Source of the DNA: Selaginella moellendorffii
Taxonomy: Eukaryota > Plantae > Lycopodiophyta
Length of the DNA stretch: 64,000 bases
NCBI RefSeq assembly: GCF_000143415.4
Contig: NW_003314261.1
Location: 4,315,141-4,379,140, forward strand
Direction: 5' to 3'
Below the pieces are notes generated by a model. The model was given only the letters and a program-made list of their open reading frames with translations. It did no database searches and was not told the DNA's origin. Every line of letters begins with the position of its first letter. The stretch's first letter is position 1. Of this stretch, positions 11,990 through 24,014 are shown in pieces. The translations under genes and the position numbers were made by a program.

Positions 11990-14314
11990 ATAGAGTTCTG
12001 CCTTGTAGAAATTCCTTCACTAGATCTCGCACATTCGCTAGGTTCTCCTCCGGTTCCCATGTTGCTTCGCAGTGTGGAAATCCTTTCCACTTCACATGGA
12101 ACTCTCTCACCTCGCATCCTTATCACTTGCTCTTGCACACATTGAGGATGGCCTTGACTTTGTATTCCTCTTCCCCTTGGATAACCTCAGGTAAAGGTCT
12201 TATTTGGTCCTTGCGAAGTGGATCCTCAAAGTACGGCTTGAGTAAGTTCATGTGGAACACTAGGTGCATCTTCCCCATCTCTCGAGGAAGTCAGAGACGG
12301 TAAGCCACTTTACCGATTCTTGCCTCAATCTCATAAGGCCCCGCGAACCTATTTAAGGAACTCAAGATCAATTCATTTGCAGGAATATATGCATTTTTAC
12401 CTTTGGGTCAACTTCCGGCTGATCCCACTTGGTAGCCTGAGGTTCTTGGTGTTCAGCCACACCTTTTCCCCAGCTTGGAACTCTACATCCCGACACTTCT
12501 GGTTCGCGTACTTGGTTTGCCTTTGTTGAGCTCGTTCCAAGGAATCCCTCACTAGATTCCAGATGTTGAGTTTTTCCACCGTGAATGCCTCCACTGTAGG
12601 TAATTCTCTATGATACTCGGCCACGCCGAGTTCCACAGGACCTTCAATAGCTCGCCCATTGATGACTTCCCATGGACTCACCCTGATACTCGAATGTGGT
12701 GAGTTGTTATAACACATTTCCACAAGTCCCAAATGACTTACCCAATCAATTTGGTCTCCCGAGACATAGCATCACAAATAATCCTCTAGCTGCCTATTCA
12801 CCCTTTCCGTTTATCCGTCTGTCAAGAAGTGTTAGTGCCATCAAACTTGACTTAATACCCCATACCTATCTGTGGGTGATAGGCTGTGCTGAATTTCAAC
12901 TTGGTGCGATATTGTTCCAGGAGAGTTCTCCAGAACCGACTAGTGAAGATCTTATCTCGATCTGAGATAATCTCTTTTGGCCTTCCCCGCACTCGAACCA
13001 CTTGTTTGAAGAACAGCTTCACCACACCTTCCGCATCCACTTCCGTTGTGGTGGGTATGAAATGTGCCATTGTCGAAAATCGGTCCACCACCACGAATAT
13101 CGCATTAAACCCCTCGCTTGGGGGGAGTCCCATGATGAAGTCCATCGTAAGACATTTCCACAGACGATCTAGAATTGGGATGCTTTGCAACAAGCCCCCA
13201 CTAGCCTTAGTCATGGCTTTGATCTGCTGACATGTTGGACATGTCTTTACATAGTCTTGGATGTCCTTAGCCATATCTAGCCAGTGATACTTCCTCTTGA
13301 GTAAGCCCATCGTCTTGAGCACTCCACCGTGTCCCACAAGAGGTCCGTCATGACACTCTTCTAAGACTACCTTCCTTAGTTCCCCTTCTGGAACATACAC
13401 CCTCGTTTGCTTGTAATAGATGAGTCCGTTGCATTCCACATAGCCCGTTTTCTCTTCCGTTGGCAGCTCACCTCTCTGGTGAGCTTCTCGTGCCTCTAGA
13501 TTCCTTAGAAACACTTCTTGTGCTAGACCATCATTCTCATATGCTGTCCGCACATCATCCCAAAAGGTTGCTGTCGCACTGGATATCGCCAACTTCAAGC
13601 TTGCTTTTCAACTTAGCGCATCTGCCACGATGTTGCTCTTCCCAGGCTTGTACAGGATTTCGCAATCAAACTCGGCCAAAGCATTGGCCCACCGACCCTG
13701 TTTCCCTCTCAGGTCGGGCAGTGACAAGAAGTGTTTCGTTGCCACATTGTCCGTGTAAACCTTGAAGTGTCTCTCAAGGTAGTGTCGCCACTCCTTGAGC
13801 ACCTTGACCACTACAAACAGTTCCTTCTCGTGGGCAGGCCACTTCTTTTAAGCCCTGTCCAACTTCTTCGAGAAGAACGCTACTGGATGGTTGTCTTGCT
13901 TCAAAACTGCGCCTAATGCAAAGTCCGAAGCATCTGTTTCTACCTCAAAGTCCTTACCAAAGTCTGGTAATGCCAACACGAGAGCCTTCCTCAACTTCCC
14001 TTTGAGGTGGACTAATGCCGCCTCGCATTCCGCTGTCCATACCATCTTCCCTTTCCTGTTTGGTCCGTTAAGGGTAGGGCTACTCTCGAATAGTGTCTGA
14101 TAAACTTTCGGTAGTAGTTGCATAGCCCCAAAAATGCCCTCAACTCATGTACATTCGATGGTCGTTCCCATTCCTGGATCGCTTGGACCTTCTCCGGGTC
14201 CACCTTGAGCCCATCTTGGCCCACCACATGCCCAAGAAACTTTACCTTTTGTTAAGCAAAGTCACATTTGCTCTCTTTAGCATACAGTTTGTGTTCCCTT
14301 AGTTTCTCAAACAT
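11990..14314 (-). pseudogene. Ty3/Gypsy chromovirus pol relic: RT C-terminus, RNase H, integrase, chromodomain
   Basis: FLGLCNYYRKFI, VETDASDFALGAVL, YKPGKSNIVADALS, HHCC zinc finger, TMDFIMGLP, IISDRD, STAYHPQ and chromodomain EEYKVKAIL...VKWKGF...ATWEPEENL (about 11995-12175). Frameshifts and stops throughout; the YxDD part is missing. Confidence 0.95.
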
Positions 14315-15428
14315 TAAGCAACCAAAGGGAACGATGTGAGAGACGGTCCATAGGATTCAAATATAGAGGGAAAGGGCCCATGAACAAGAGTGCACCCCTT
14401 TTTCCAATTGGTTAAGGGTCTTGGGATATCTAGGGTTAAACGTCCTTGGGTTTGAATAATATTGGGTTGGGTGACTTCCCAGGAAGTCTAGACTCAGGAG
14501 TTTACAATTTACAACACCTAACACCACTAACCTTGTTCACAATATAAACAAATTTATGTTTTTTTTTTTTTACCAACTTAAAACTAATCCTATACCAAAT
14601 TACTTAAGGAGGAATAACAAGGTTCTTTAGAAAGAATCAAACATTGTAACCCAAGTCTTAAGCAAAATGGTTTAGTGTTTCACCACTATCCATCTCGTGA
14701 CTCACCACTTGTAAGACCATTATAACTAATATATATCAAAGTAGTGACTTTTGGTTGCATGATATGAATACGAGCAATAAAATTACATCTTGTTGCCAAA
14801 TCATCTCGAAGAATAGAAGATAATTTATATATTTGATCTTTTGTCCCTAACAAGTCTCTTTTTAAACTCGACCAAACCTCAAGTTTGCATTTGCACTACC
14901 TTTAGTCTATTCCAAGAAAATTTTATAAAAGAGTATGGTAATGACTATTTGAACTAATAGACTAATCCTTATAGTCTTGATTGATCCACTTATAATCATT
15001 CCTAAGAAGGATCCACTAGTGCCTTGATAAACAACTACAACCCAACTTATTTGCCACTTATAACAAACCCAAAGGAGGTTTACTTTTACCTACAGCATAC
15101 AGAACAACTCACAATAACCAACGATAGGCTAACATTAATCTTACTAACTCAAAGTATATTTTTGAGTTGCTAATAAGCCTCACTCATAAGGCTAAGCACA
15201 AACATATGCAAATGATACATCTTAATCCTTTTTATGAGCCCCAACACAAGCTCATACAATATGGTACAAAAAGATAACTAAAATCCATACCTAAAGACGA
15301 AGTTATAGCACCCAAACGTACACCCAATTAGTTCGTTATTTTCATCTTTTCGTATACAGCAAGACAAGTTGCCCAATTTCATTGTCTCATTGGATAATAC
15401 TTGCTAAGACTCATCCTTTAATACCAAA

Positions 15429-15945
15429 TGTAGTACATTTGGTTTTCACTCTTTATCTTATGGTGATTTACCATAGAATAACCAAACTCTTCATGTGCTA
15501 CATGCCACATGCCACATATCCAAAGACAACAAAGTAGAACTCAAGTTTTAAGGTTTTGGGCCATTGAATGAGGGAACAAAGCCAAAGTATACAACTTAGG
15601 AGCAAAGGAAGTAGAGCACAAAATAATTCTTAAGCCTATAGCCCAAGGAATAAAGGGATAGGAGCATGGAGTGGTGTAGGAATAGTCCTAAAGCATCTAA
15701 CATTCTAATATTAAGACTAACACATAAATAGAGTCAAACATAGTTTAACATTATTTCAGCATATCAGTGGCATAAAACAAGGATATTAGTACTCCATCAG
15801 CTAGCATGGTATAGAATTTGGGTTTAGACCCAAGTTAAACACAGAATAAGGACAAACACATAAGTAGGAGCTAAATTATGCTTCATGTTGGTCAGCCATA
15901 CCTGATTTACCCACTATCTCTACTATACATTTGGAACCCCCCACA
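15429..15945 (-). mobile_element. LTR family C, decayed right copy, 5' LTR-like with PBS
   Basis: Inverted homolog of about 555-1094. Minus strand ends CTACA then TTTGGTATTAAAG (decayed tRNA-Met PBS, 15416-15426). Confidence 0.7.
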
Positions 15946-15959
15946 CTAAAATTGATAAA

Positions 15960-16765
15960 GTGTCCAACAATATTGACCTCCTGCCGTTGTGGTAGTAAGG
16001 AAAGAATATTTGAAAATACTTGCCAACAAGTAATTTTTTATACCCATAATCACATTTGCAATATATATATTGACAATGTTTTTCCAATGTTGATTATGCT
16101 AAATTGAGAATCACCTTTCCATATCTTGTGGCAATATAAACCATTTTTGGGAGTAATATCCTCATCTTTGCACTCTTTCGAGCTTATATAGTGAATATAA
16201 CACTTGTTCTAGAAAATAAAAATATCCAATTCAATTAAAGCTTATTTGATTAGACTCTATTCTTTCTTCATAAATCTCTAAACCTTTATATATGCATAAT
16301 TTTTGAAGGATCAGTCTATTAAATGTCATGCTAAACTGCATAAATTGAAAAACCCCCTAATTGAAATTAATAAAAGGTTCAATAATACCAACTTCTTGCC
16401 ATCATGGTAATAAGGAAAAAATATTTGAAAAGACTTCCCAACAGGTAACTTTTGATATTCATAGTCACATTCACAACACACATATTGATAATGTTTTTCC
16501 AATGTTGATGATGCTAAATTGAGAACCACCTTTGCATATTTTATGGCAATATAAACCATTTTTAGGAGTAATATCCTCATCTTTGCACTCTCTTAAGCTT
16601 ATATAGTGAATGCAACACTTGTTCTGGAAAATAAGAACATCCAATTCAATTAAGGCTTATTTGATTAGACTCTATTCTTTCTTCATAAATCCCTAAACCT
16701 TTACATATGTATAATTTTTTAAGGATTATTTTATTAAATGTTATGCTAAACTTCATAAACTTGCA
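15960..16765. repeat. Two-copy tandem duplication, period about 415 bp, in decayed AT-rich DNA
   Basis: For example GAGTAATATCCTCATCTTTGCACTCT at 16151 and 16566. Confidence 0.9.
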
Positions 16766-17689
16766 ATCCAACTTGTCGCAACACTTGATATGATCCCTTT
16801 CACTAAGCAAGGAACCCCTTAAACAAACCATATACCTTAAAATTAGGAAAATGAACTAATACTAAATTATCCACTTCATACTCCTCAGGTGGATGATGAT
16901 GGAAATTATAATGTCATTATTGCCCCACTTATATGTAACTTAAATATTTAATATACTTCAATTGAACCAAAATACTCATCAAATACTGATATCAAAACTA
17001 ACATCATTAATCACAAAGGTAAACTTAACTCTATTGGTAATATCAAATCATGACTATATAAGAATTTATATAGTGAAGTACCAATAAAACTTTATACCCT
17101 TAAAAAATATATATATTAAAAAGAAAATAAATAATTATCCCAATCCAAATGCTAAAAATTAAGATACTTTGCTATCATTCCTTTAAAGGTCCAAATGAGC
17201 CATTTCACTAAACTAGCTATTTATGGATAATGAATACTTATGAAAGTGTGTTATATCCTCAATTAAGATGTCAAAACATTAAATATCTTAGCCATAAAAG
17301 TGGGATTATTATCCAAAAAAATCCACTCTAGACAAAAATGTTGGAACACCATTCAATTGAAGATTAAAGTATTTAACAACAATCTCATATGCATCAGCAA
17401 GAGCACTAACTTCTAATCAATGAATCAAGCAGTTAAGATAGTAATGACATAGTTGACTATAGAAAAAGCCTTATTAAATTAAATGCCATCAACTCAAATA
17501 AATAAAAAATTACAATTAACTCCAATTATCCTTTCGCAGAATAAAAGGGCCCACTTCCCACAGCTGTAGCTTCTTTCTTCATCACCATCACCTTAAAATA
17601 TTGCTCTTTACCTTGCTTGTGGTACTCTCCTCTTTTACCTTGCCCCTAGTACTCTTGCTGCTTATAGAGACTTCTAAAAAAATCCCTAT

Positions 17690-18845
17690 GCACCATCTAT
17701 TGGACGAGCTCCTCACCAAGATTTTGAAAACCATTATGAAGCACAAGAATCTTGACAAGTTTCCCAGCAGCCTTGGCCTTAGAAATTCCCTCTTCAGCTG
17801 GTAGAAGAAACATCTGCAGAGGCTTGTTCTTGTATACTGTAGCTCTTGCCTTCACAATTGCTGATAGACTATTGCAGAAAATCTGATGCACCACTATCAG
17901 AGTCTTGATTTAGAACCTATGTGGCTATAATCATTAGGCTTGTTCTTCCACTGCACACCCTATCAATGGGATTGCCAAGCTGAAATATTTACCCATACCA
18001 AGCCATGACTTCCTCCCATGTCTCTATGTGATCCTTGTTTTTCTTCTCCATCAAAAGACATACACAGAGCATTTATTTTATCCTCCCCCTCTACTTTGTT
18101 GTTTTGTGCTGCACATTCAAAAGCTGGAGATAAATGTTAAAATCTTCACCAAGCTTGTAGGTTAGGTATTTCACATGGAAGATCTTTTGATTAGGCTACC
18201 CAAGTGTGCAACTTAACAGACATTAGCACCTCCCTAATCTTGTCACCATCCCATCCCTAGCGAGCCAGTATTCCACCATCCCCAAAGCATAATTCCACAC
18301 TTGCTAGATCCAAAGAGCCTACTGCTGTTGTGAGCATGCTTTTCCATGCAAATTGTCACCTCCATGTCTACACCAGTGCATGGTCTCTCAAGCTTTGCAG
18401 TCTCAAAATAGATTCTGGGAACTTTGAAAGTGTCGTTACGTAACAGCACCTTGTTCTCTTGGTGAAGGAACTGCCTCACAAAATCTGCTGGCACCTTCCC
18501 ATCTAGTTCTTGAGCTGCCCCAAAAGCAGCCAGCTTCTCAAACCCCAGACCGATCTTTGAGTGATCACCTTGTCCTTTGCTGATAAGCATGTCTTGACAG
18601 GAGTCTGAGTCAGTCATAAAATAGTGATAGAGCACTTTGAGTACAGCAGGTTCCTCAAGCCTTATCCAGTGTTCTGAGAAGAAGTCATCAATGTTCTTGA
18701 GTTCCAATTGGCTTTTATTCGTCAACCAGGCTAAACCATATTCCACCAACTGAAGCGATGGGTCCTTGATCTTGATGAGAGTCGAAGAAGATCCAAACAT
18801 TTGGTGGTAAAGTATCACCTTGAATTCTTGCATGGCAGCAAGATC
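17690..18845 (-). pseudogene. Disrupted coding relic of unknown family
   Basis: 196-aa protein-like ORF (18243-18833) with broken continuation ORFs. No plant domain recognised. Confidence 0.4.
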
Positions 18846-19463
18846 GCTAGGAACAACAGATCCTACTTAGGAACAGAGGACCTCTCCTTGCCATTGGAAG
18901 TTGCCATGTGATCATGGTGTAGAGCCTATGCATCCACAAAGACAACAGGGTGTCAATAAGTTTGAAATCAAGTGTCAAAAATACATCCCAACCATGTATA
19001 CAATGTTTGACTTCATAAAGACGCAAATTGCCACAACTCAACATGAAATTCAGCAGATTCTGCTAGTAAAAGTTACCAGAATTTGACTGGAACTTGTGAC
19101 ACTCCACATCACATTACCATGTATAGAAGTCACCACCTCATGAACTGTGACACTCCATGTCACTCAAGAAGCCACTACAGCTAGCAAATTCAATCAGTGC
19201 CTTTCATCTCTACCAAACTTCAGGTGTGTGCCCAAGCAGGGCTTATGGATACATTTCAACAAGAAATGACTTACGGCGTCTCAGATGAGCTCCAAAACCA
19301 CACCCTGCCACCTGACACTTCTTGCTCTCCATGTTAAACTATGAAGAATATTCGCAAAGCCTAAATAAAGGTGTGGTAAACGCTACCCAGGGCTAGGGCT
19401 TCTTCATTCCAGGTAAGAAAGAGCAATGTAGGGTCGCGCTAGCTAGGGAAGATCAAGGTCACC

Positions 19464-21329
19464 ATGGATCTCTTACCGCCGCTGCTAAGATTGTGGCCGC
19501 CGCCGCTCCTACTGCCACTGCTCCTCGTTCTTGTGGGTTTCATCCACTGCCAGACCGACTTGGAGTGCCTCAGCGAGTTCCGCCTCTCGGTCATCGATCA
19601 ATCGGGCTACCTGAGCTCCTGGTCTGCCAACAGCAGCTCCAGCAGCTCCATTTGCAACGCTGTGGGCGTCCAGTGCCTCCACCCATCCGAGGCCAAGATC
19701 TATTCCCTATCCCTCCGCGCCGCCGGCCTCTCGGGCTCCTTCCCCCGGGGTCTCGACAAATGCTCCAGTCTCACGGGCTTGGATCTCTCGGGCAACTCCT
19801 TCTCGGGCGCCATCCCCGCGGACCTCTGCAAATCGCTGCCCTTCCTCGTCCGCCTCGACCTCTCGGGCAACGACTTCTCCGGATCGATCCCCGGGGAGCT
19901 CTCCCAGTGCCAGTACCTTAACGCCCTGGATTTGCAGCAGAACCACCTCACTGGCAGCGTCCCCGGGCAGCTCGGTGTTCTTCCGCGCCTCACGGAGCTC
20001 CACCTCGAGGGCAACCAGCTCAGCGGCGAAATCCCGCCCATCCTCGCAAGTCGCCCCGCGGCGAATTTCCAGTTCCAGGACAACGCCGGGCTGTGCGGTC
20101 CGCCGCTCTCCAAGAGCTGCGGCGGCGGGTCGAAGGCCAGCGCCGGGATCATTGCCGGGACTGTGGTTGGCGGCGCGGTGATCCTTCTCGCCATCACTGC
20201 CGTGGCGTTCTACTTGAGCCGCCGGCCCAAGACGATGCGCGACGACACCACCTGGGCCAAGAAGATCAAGGCGCCGCGCAGCATCACCGTGTCCATGTTC
20301 GAGCAGTTCCTTGTCAAGATCAAGCTCTCGGATCTCATGGCCGCCACCGAGAGCTTCTCGCGGGACAACGTCATTGACGCCGGAAGCGCCGCCACCGGGG
20401 TGGCGTACCGCGCGACGCTCCGGGACGGGTCCGTGCTGGCGGTGAAGCGCCTGGCGCCCGCGCCGCGCGCTAGTAGCAGCGACGCCGCACAGTTTCAGGC
20501 CGAGGTGGAGGCGCTGGGCCTGGTCCGTCATGCTAACCTGGTACCGCTACTCGGGTACTGCGTCACGGGCGGCGAGCGGCTCCTCCTGTACAAGCACATG
20601 ACCAACGGCACGCTGTGGAGCTGGCTGCATGACGCCCACGGCACGCGGGACCGGCTCGACTGGCCCGCGCGGCTCAAGGTGGCGCTGGGCGCGTCGCGCG
20701 GCATGGCTTACCTCCACCACGGCTGCAACCCACGGATCCTCCACCGGAGCCTCAGCACGCACACGATCCTCCTGGACGACGACTTCGACGCGAGGATCAC
20801 GGACTTTGGGCTAGCCCGGATCGTGGCGCCCGCGGGCGGCCACCTCAATGCGGACGTGCTTACCGCCGGCGGCACGGTGGGTGACCCGGGCCACGACGCG
20901 CCCGAGTACCGCCGGGTGCCCATCACTACCGCCAAGGGCGACGTGTACAGCTTTGGCGTCGTGCTACTCCAGCTGCTAACGAGTCAGAAGCCGCTGGACG
21001 TGACGGTGGGCGATTTCAATGGGAGCTTGGTGGAATGGGTCGGGGCGCTCTACGCGAGTGGGAGGAGCGGCGACGCCATCGACAAATCGCTCAGCGGTGG
21101 CGCTGCCGACGATGGGGAGCTGCTCCAGGCGCTCAAGATCGCGTGTGGGTGCGTGCTCTACGCGCCCAACGATCGCCCATCCATGCTCGAGGTGTTCGAG
21201 CAGCTGAGGAAGATCGGGGAGAGGTATGATTTCACTGACGAGGGCGATGAGATCCCGATTGCCGCGGCTGCTAGCGATGAGACAGCGGCGACGCAGCAGC
21301 GATCCAACGGGAATGGGGCGAGCTTGTGA
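19464..21329 (+). CDS. LRR-X receptor-like pseudokinase, BIR-like, intronless, 621 aa
   Basis: Signal peptide, LRRNT, about 5 LRRs, TM helix, juxtamembrane W..KIK.P.SITVSMFE...VKIKLSDLMAAT, kinase with HRS in place of HRD. Confidence 0.92.
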   Translation: MDLLPPLLRLWPPPLLLPLLLVLVGFIHCQTDLECLSEFRLSVIDQSGYLSSWSANSSSSSSICNAVGVQCLHPSEAKIYSLSLRAAGLSGSFPRGLDKCSSLTGLDLSGNSFSGAIPADLCKSLPFLVRLDLSGNDFSGSIPGELSQCQYLNALDLQQNHLTGSVPGQLGVLPRLTELHLEGNQLSGEIPPILASRPAANFQFQDNAGLCGPPLSKSCGGGSKASAGIIAGTVVGGAVILLAITAVAFYLSRRPKTMRDDTTWAKKIKAPRSITVSMFEQFLVKIKLSDLMAATESFSRDNVIDAGSAATGVAYRATLRDGSVLAVKRLAPAPRASSSDAAQFQAEVEALGLVRHANLVPLLGYCVTGGERLLLYKHMTNGTLWSWLHDAHGTRDRLDWPARLKVALGASRGMAYLHHGCNPRILHRSLSTHTILLDDDFDARITDFGLARIVAPAGGHLNADVLTAGGTVGDPGHDAPEYRRVPITTAKGDVYSFGVVLLQLLTSQKPLDVTVGDFNGSLVEWVGALYASGRSGDAIDKSLSGGAADDGELLQALKIACGCVLYAPNDRPSMLEVFEQLRKIGERYDFTDEGDEIPIAAAASDETAATQQRSNGNGASL

Positions 21330-21369
21330 AGGAGATCGATCGTTTGTGACAGTATATTGCTAATAGCTA

Positions 21370-22341
21370 ATGCTTGAAAATGCAAGTGCTTGGATTAGGG
21401 TTCTTAGCGATGTTTGTGGAGCTGCTGCTCGCGACGCGGCTAGCGGCGGGATGATTCTTGCTGCGAGCAATGGTGGCAGGATCTTCCGGCGGGTGAATTT
21501 GGGGCAGGGATGCTCCGGTCCGTGCTGTTCTTCGCCTCGATTCTCCATCTCCAAATTGGTGTCGCCCTCTCGCGGTGATGAGGGCAAGCAAGCACAGCAG
21601 CAGCATTCGCTGAGTAGGAAGATTAGCAACGACGATCTGTCGCGCTACGGGCTGGATCAGTCGGATTTCGACGTGATGAGGAAGGTCCCGGATCAAATTC
21701 TCTACGAGGAGGACTCGGACGATTGGGCTGCCTATCTCCTCCTCTCCGCCGATTGCAAGAGGACCTACGTGGGGATTACTCGCAATGTCCATCGCAGGTA
21801 CCTCAAAAGCTCTCTTTGAGCTTGTTTTTCTCTTGGATAAATTGGTCATTTGTCGCTCGAGTTCATGGATTGATCGCGCTAAAGTTTCGACGATTTTGTT
21901 CCAGGTTGAGACAACACAATGGAGAGCTCGTTGGTGGATCCAAGTCGGGGCGCGTGGGGCGGCCGTGGAGGCTGATTTGCACGGTTCGCAGCTTCGACAC
22001 TCGCAGCGAAGGCAAGGACAGAGAAAAAAAAAGAAAACTTCTTTTGATCGACTCAAGCTGATAGGAATCGTTCGTATCTCTGTTTTCCAGCTTCGCAATT
22101 CGAGTACTTGTGGAAATCGCTGACGAGAACAGTCACTGGCTTCAAATCCGAGCCACCAACAAGCAGTGATAGCAGCGACGATCGAGGCCCCGATCGAAGC
22201 GGCGACGCGAGGAGCATCGCAGCGTTCCACCACGTTGTGCGTCGCCGCCAGGCAGCGCTCGAGCAGGTTCTCGATCGAAGCGACGAGTGGAAGAGCTCCT
22301 TGACTGTAGAGTGGCACGAAGAAGAGACAGAGACCAAGTAA
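21370..22341 (+). CDS. GIY-YIG (SLX1-like) endonuclease, 3 exons (to 21797; 21905-22011; 22091-22341); start may be 21451
   Basis: W.AYLL...TYVGIT....RRLRQHNGEL.GG.K....GRPW...C.V..F..RSEA.QFE..WK. The second intron is GC-AG. Confidence 0.88.
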
Positions 22342-22429
22342 AGATCGGTCTCGAGTTCGATTCTCGACCCTTACTTTACCATTTCTTCCCCCTTAGAACC
22401 CTAATTCTTTCCCTCTCCGCGAGGAGCGA

Positions 22430-23352
22430 ATGCCAACGGACTACATCAGCAATCGCTACATGTCCAAGCTCGGCGTTCCACCGCAGGCCTGGGAGGAATC
22501 CCTCGATTTCGATGAGGTCGCCAAGTATTTCTCCATGACCGTCGCGGAGGCCGCCAATATCCTTGGTACGTGAAGATTTTCGTAGCTGGAGCAGCTTAGA
22601 ACGATCGATCCGCTTGTGACAGGTGTTTGCCAGGCGACTCTGAAGCGAATTTGCCGAGAGAACGGGCTCTCCAGATGGCCGCATCGAAAGGTACGTAGAA
22701 ATTTTTCCTTTCTCTCTTTTAGATAAAAATTTTCTATGCTGATCAACGGATGTTCTATAGTTTATGGGTGGAAAAAGCGTGGAAGAGATCAAACAAGATG
22801 CTTTGAGAGCCAAGCAATTCCAGGCTCAAGAAAAAATGTATAACCCACAACCCAGCAACTAGTAAGTTTTTTTTTCTCTTCTTTTATTGAAGAAAAAAAG
22901 ACGTAAACTTCGTTTTTTTTTTTTTTTGCAGTGGTCAAGTTCCTTCTCAGGCTTACGTGATGCAAACTACACACGCGAATTTACGACTGAGCACAACTGC
23001 GACGTATAGAACGAAGATGCCAATTCCATCCTTTCTGGACGACTTCCGGAACGGTTATCCTCTCAAGAACTTGGATGCTGTCTCTGATCGCTGGTGGGGA
23101 GGTTCTCCAGATGTGGATGATACCAGCAGCGATCAAGCTCAAGCTCGCAGCGCAGATTTTGCCGAGTCCGTGGTGGACGCGACGCAGCTGGTAAATCTTC
23201 GCAGAAAACGAGCGGAATCACTGGAGAGAGCGCTTGCTTCACCAATCTCCAGGGGCTACGATGGATCCAAAGTCGAGAGCAGCCAAGAGGAAGTTCTCAA
23301 GTTTGTGTTTGGAGAGGAGATGCCACAGCAGTGGACTTACGCATTTGATTGA
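22430..23352 (+). CDS. RWP-RK domain protein, 4 exons (22430-22565; 22623-22690; 22761-22861; 22932-23352)
   Basis: [36 protein letters not shown]. All splice junctions are GT-AG and in frame. Confidence 0.9.
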
Positions 23353-24014
23353 AACTACTCGAGGTAGCTTTGCTTTGTTTCGTGGGATCAGAGGCAAAAG
23401 AGAATTTTTTCACAGGAACATTGCTATTTGCGGGAAGAGCTCAAGAGTTTGGATCGAGGATCATTCATCATTTTAATCGGAGAATCAAAGTACCCACCAT
23501 GGTTCTGTGCCAAAGATATTTCCAAACCAAAGCACATTCTTTTTTCCGTGGTACCGTACCACTCTCTTTGTATGAGTAGACGATTTCATGCTTTTACCTG
23601 TCTTTTTAATTGGAGTTTAGTTGTTTTCCAACCGTTGGATTTTATCCGAGATGGGGACCGGTTCGATTCCGGTGCCATAGTAAAAAAGGAGAAAGTTTTG
23701 AGCTCTTGTGGGGCTTTGTTTATACGCGCGGCGAAGCGATGGAGAAGAGGGATCCCTTGTCTCTCACACCGACACGACGCAGCTGATAATCATCCCTTCC
23801 GTGCATTTCATCGATCGTTCGCTGCACTGGATGAAATCTTGGAGCTCGGCGCCGTGAGGTAATCGCTCGCTCGCATCTCCTTCTCTGTCGAGATCATCCA
23901 GGATTTTGCTCTTCTGACACATTGGTCCCGCATTCCAGCGAGGCAACGCAAGCGCTACGGATTCTCGGCTCTCTCATTGCCTCCGGCCATCGATCTCCCC
24001 GTAATATCGCTCCT

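Noticed and set aside
19493-22317. Long antisense or alternate-frame ORFs over GC-rich genes (also 23894-24574, 30454-31317, 44991-45743, 53685-54401)
   Set aside because: Shadow ORFs of GC3-rich coding sequence, with no domain motifs.
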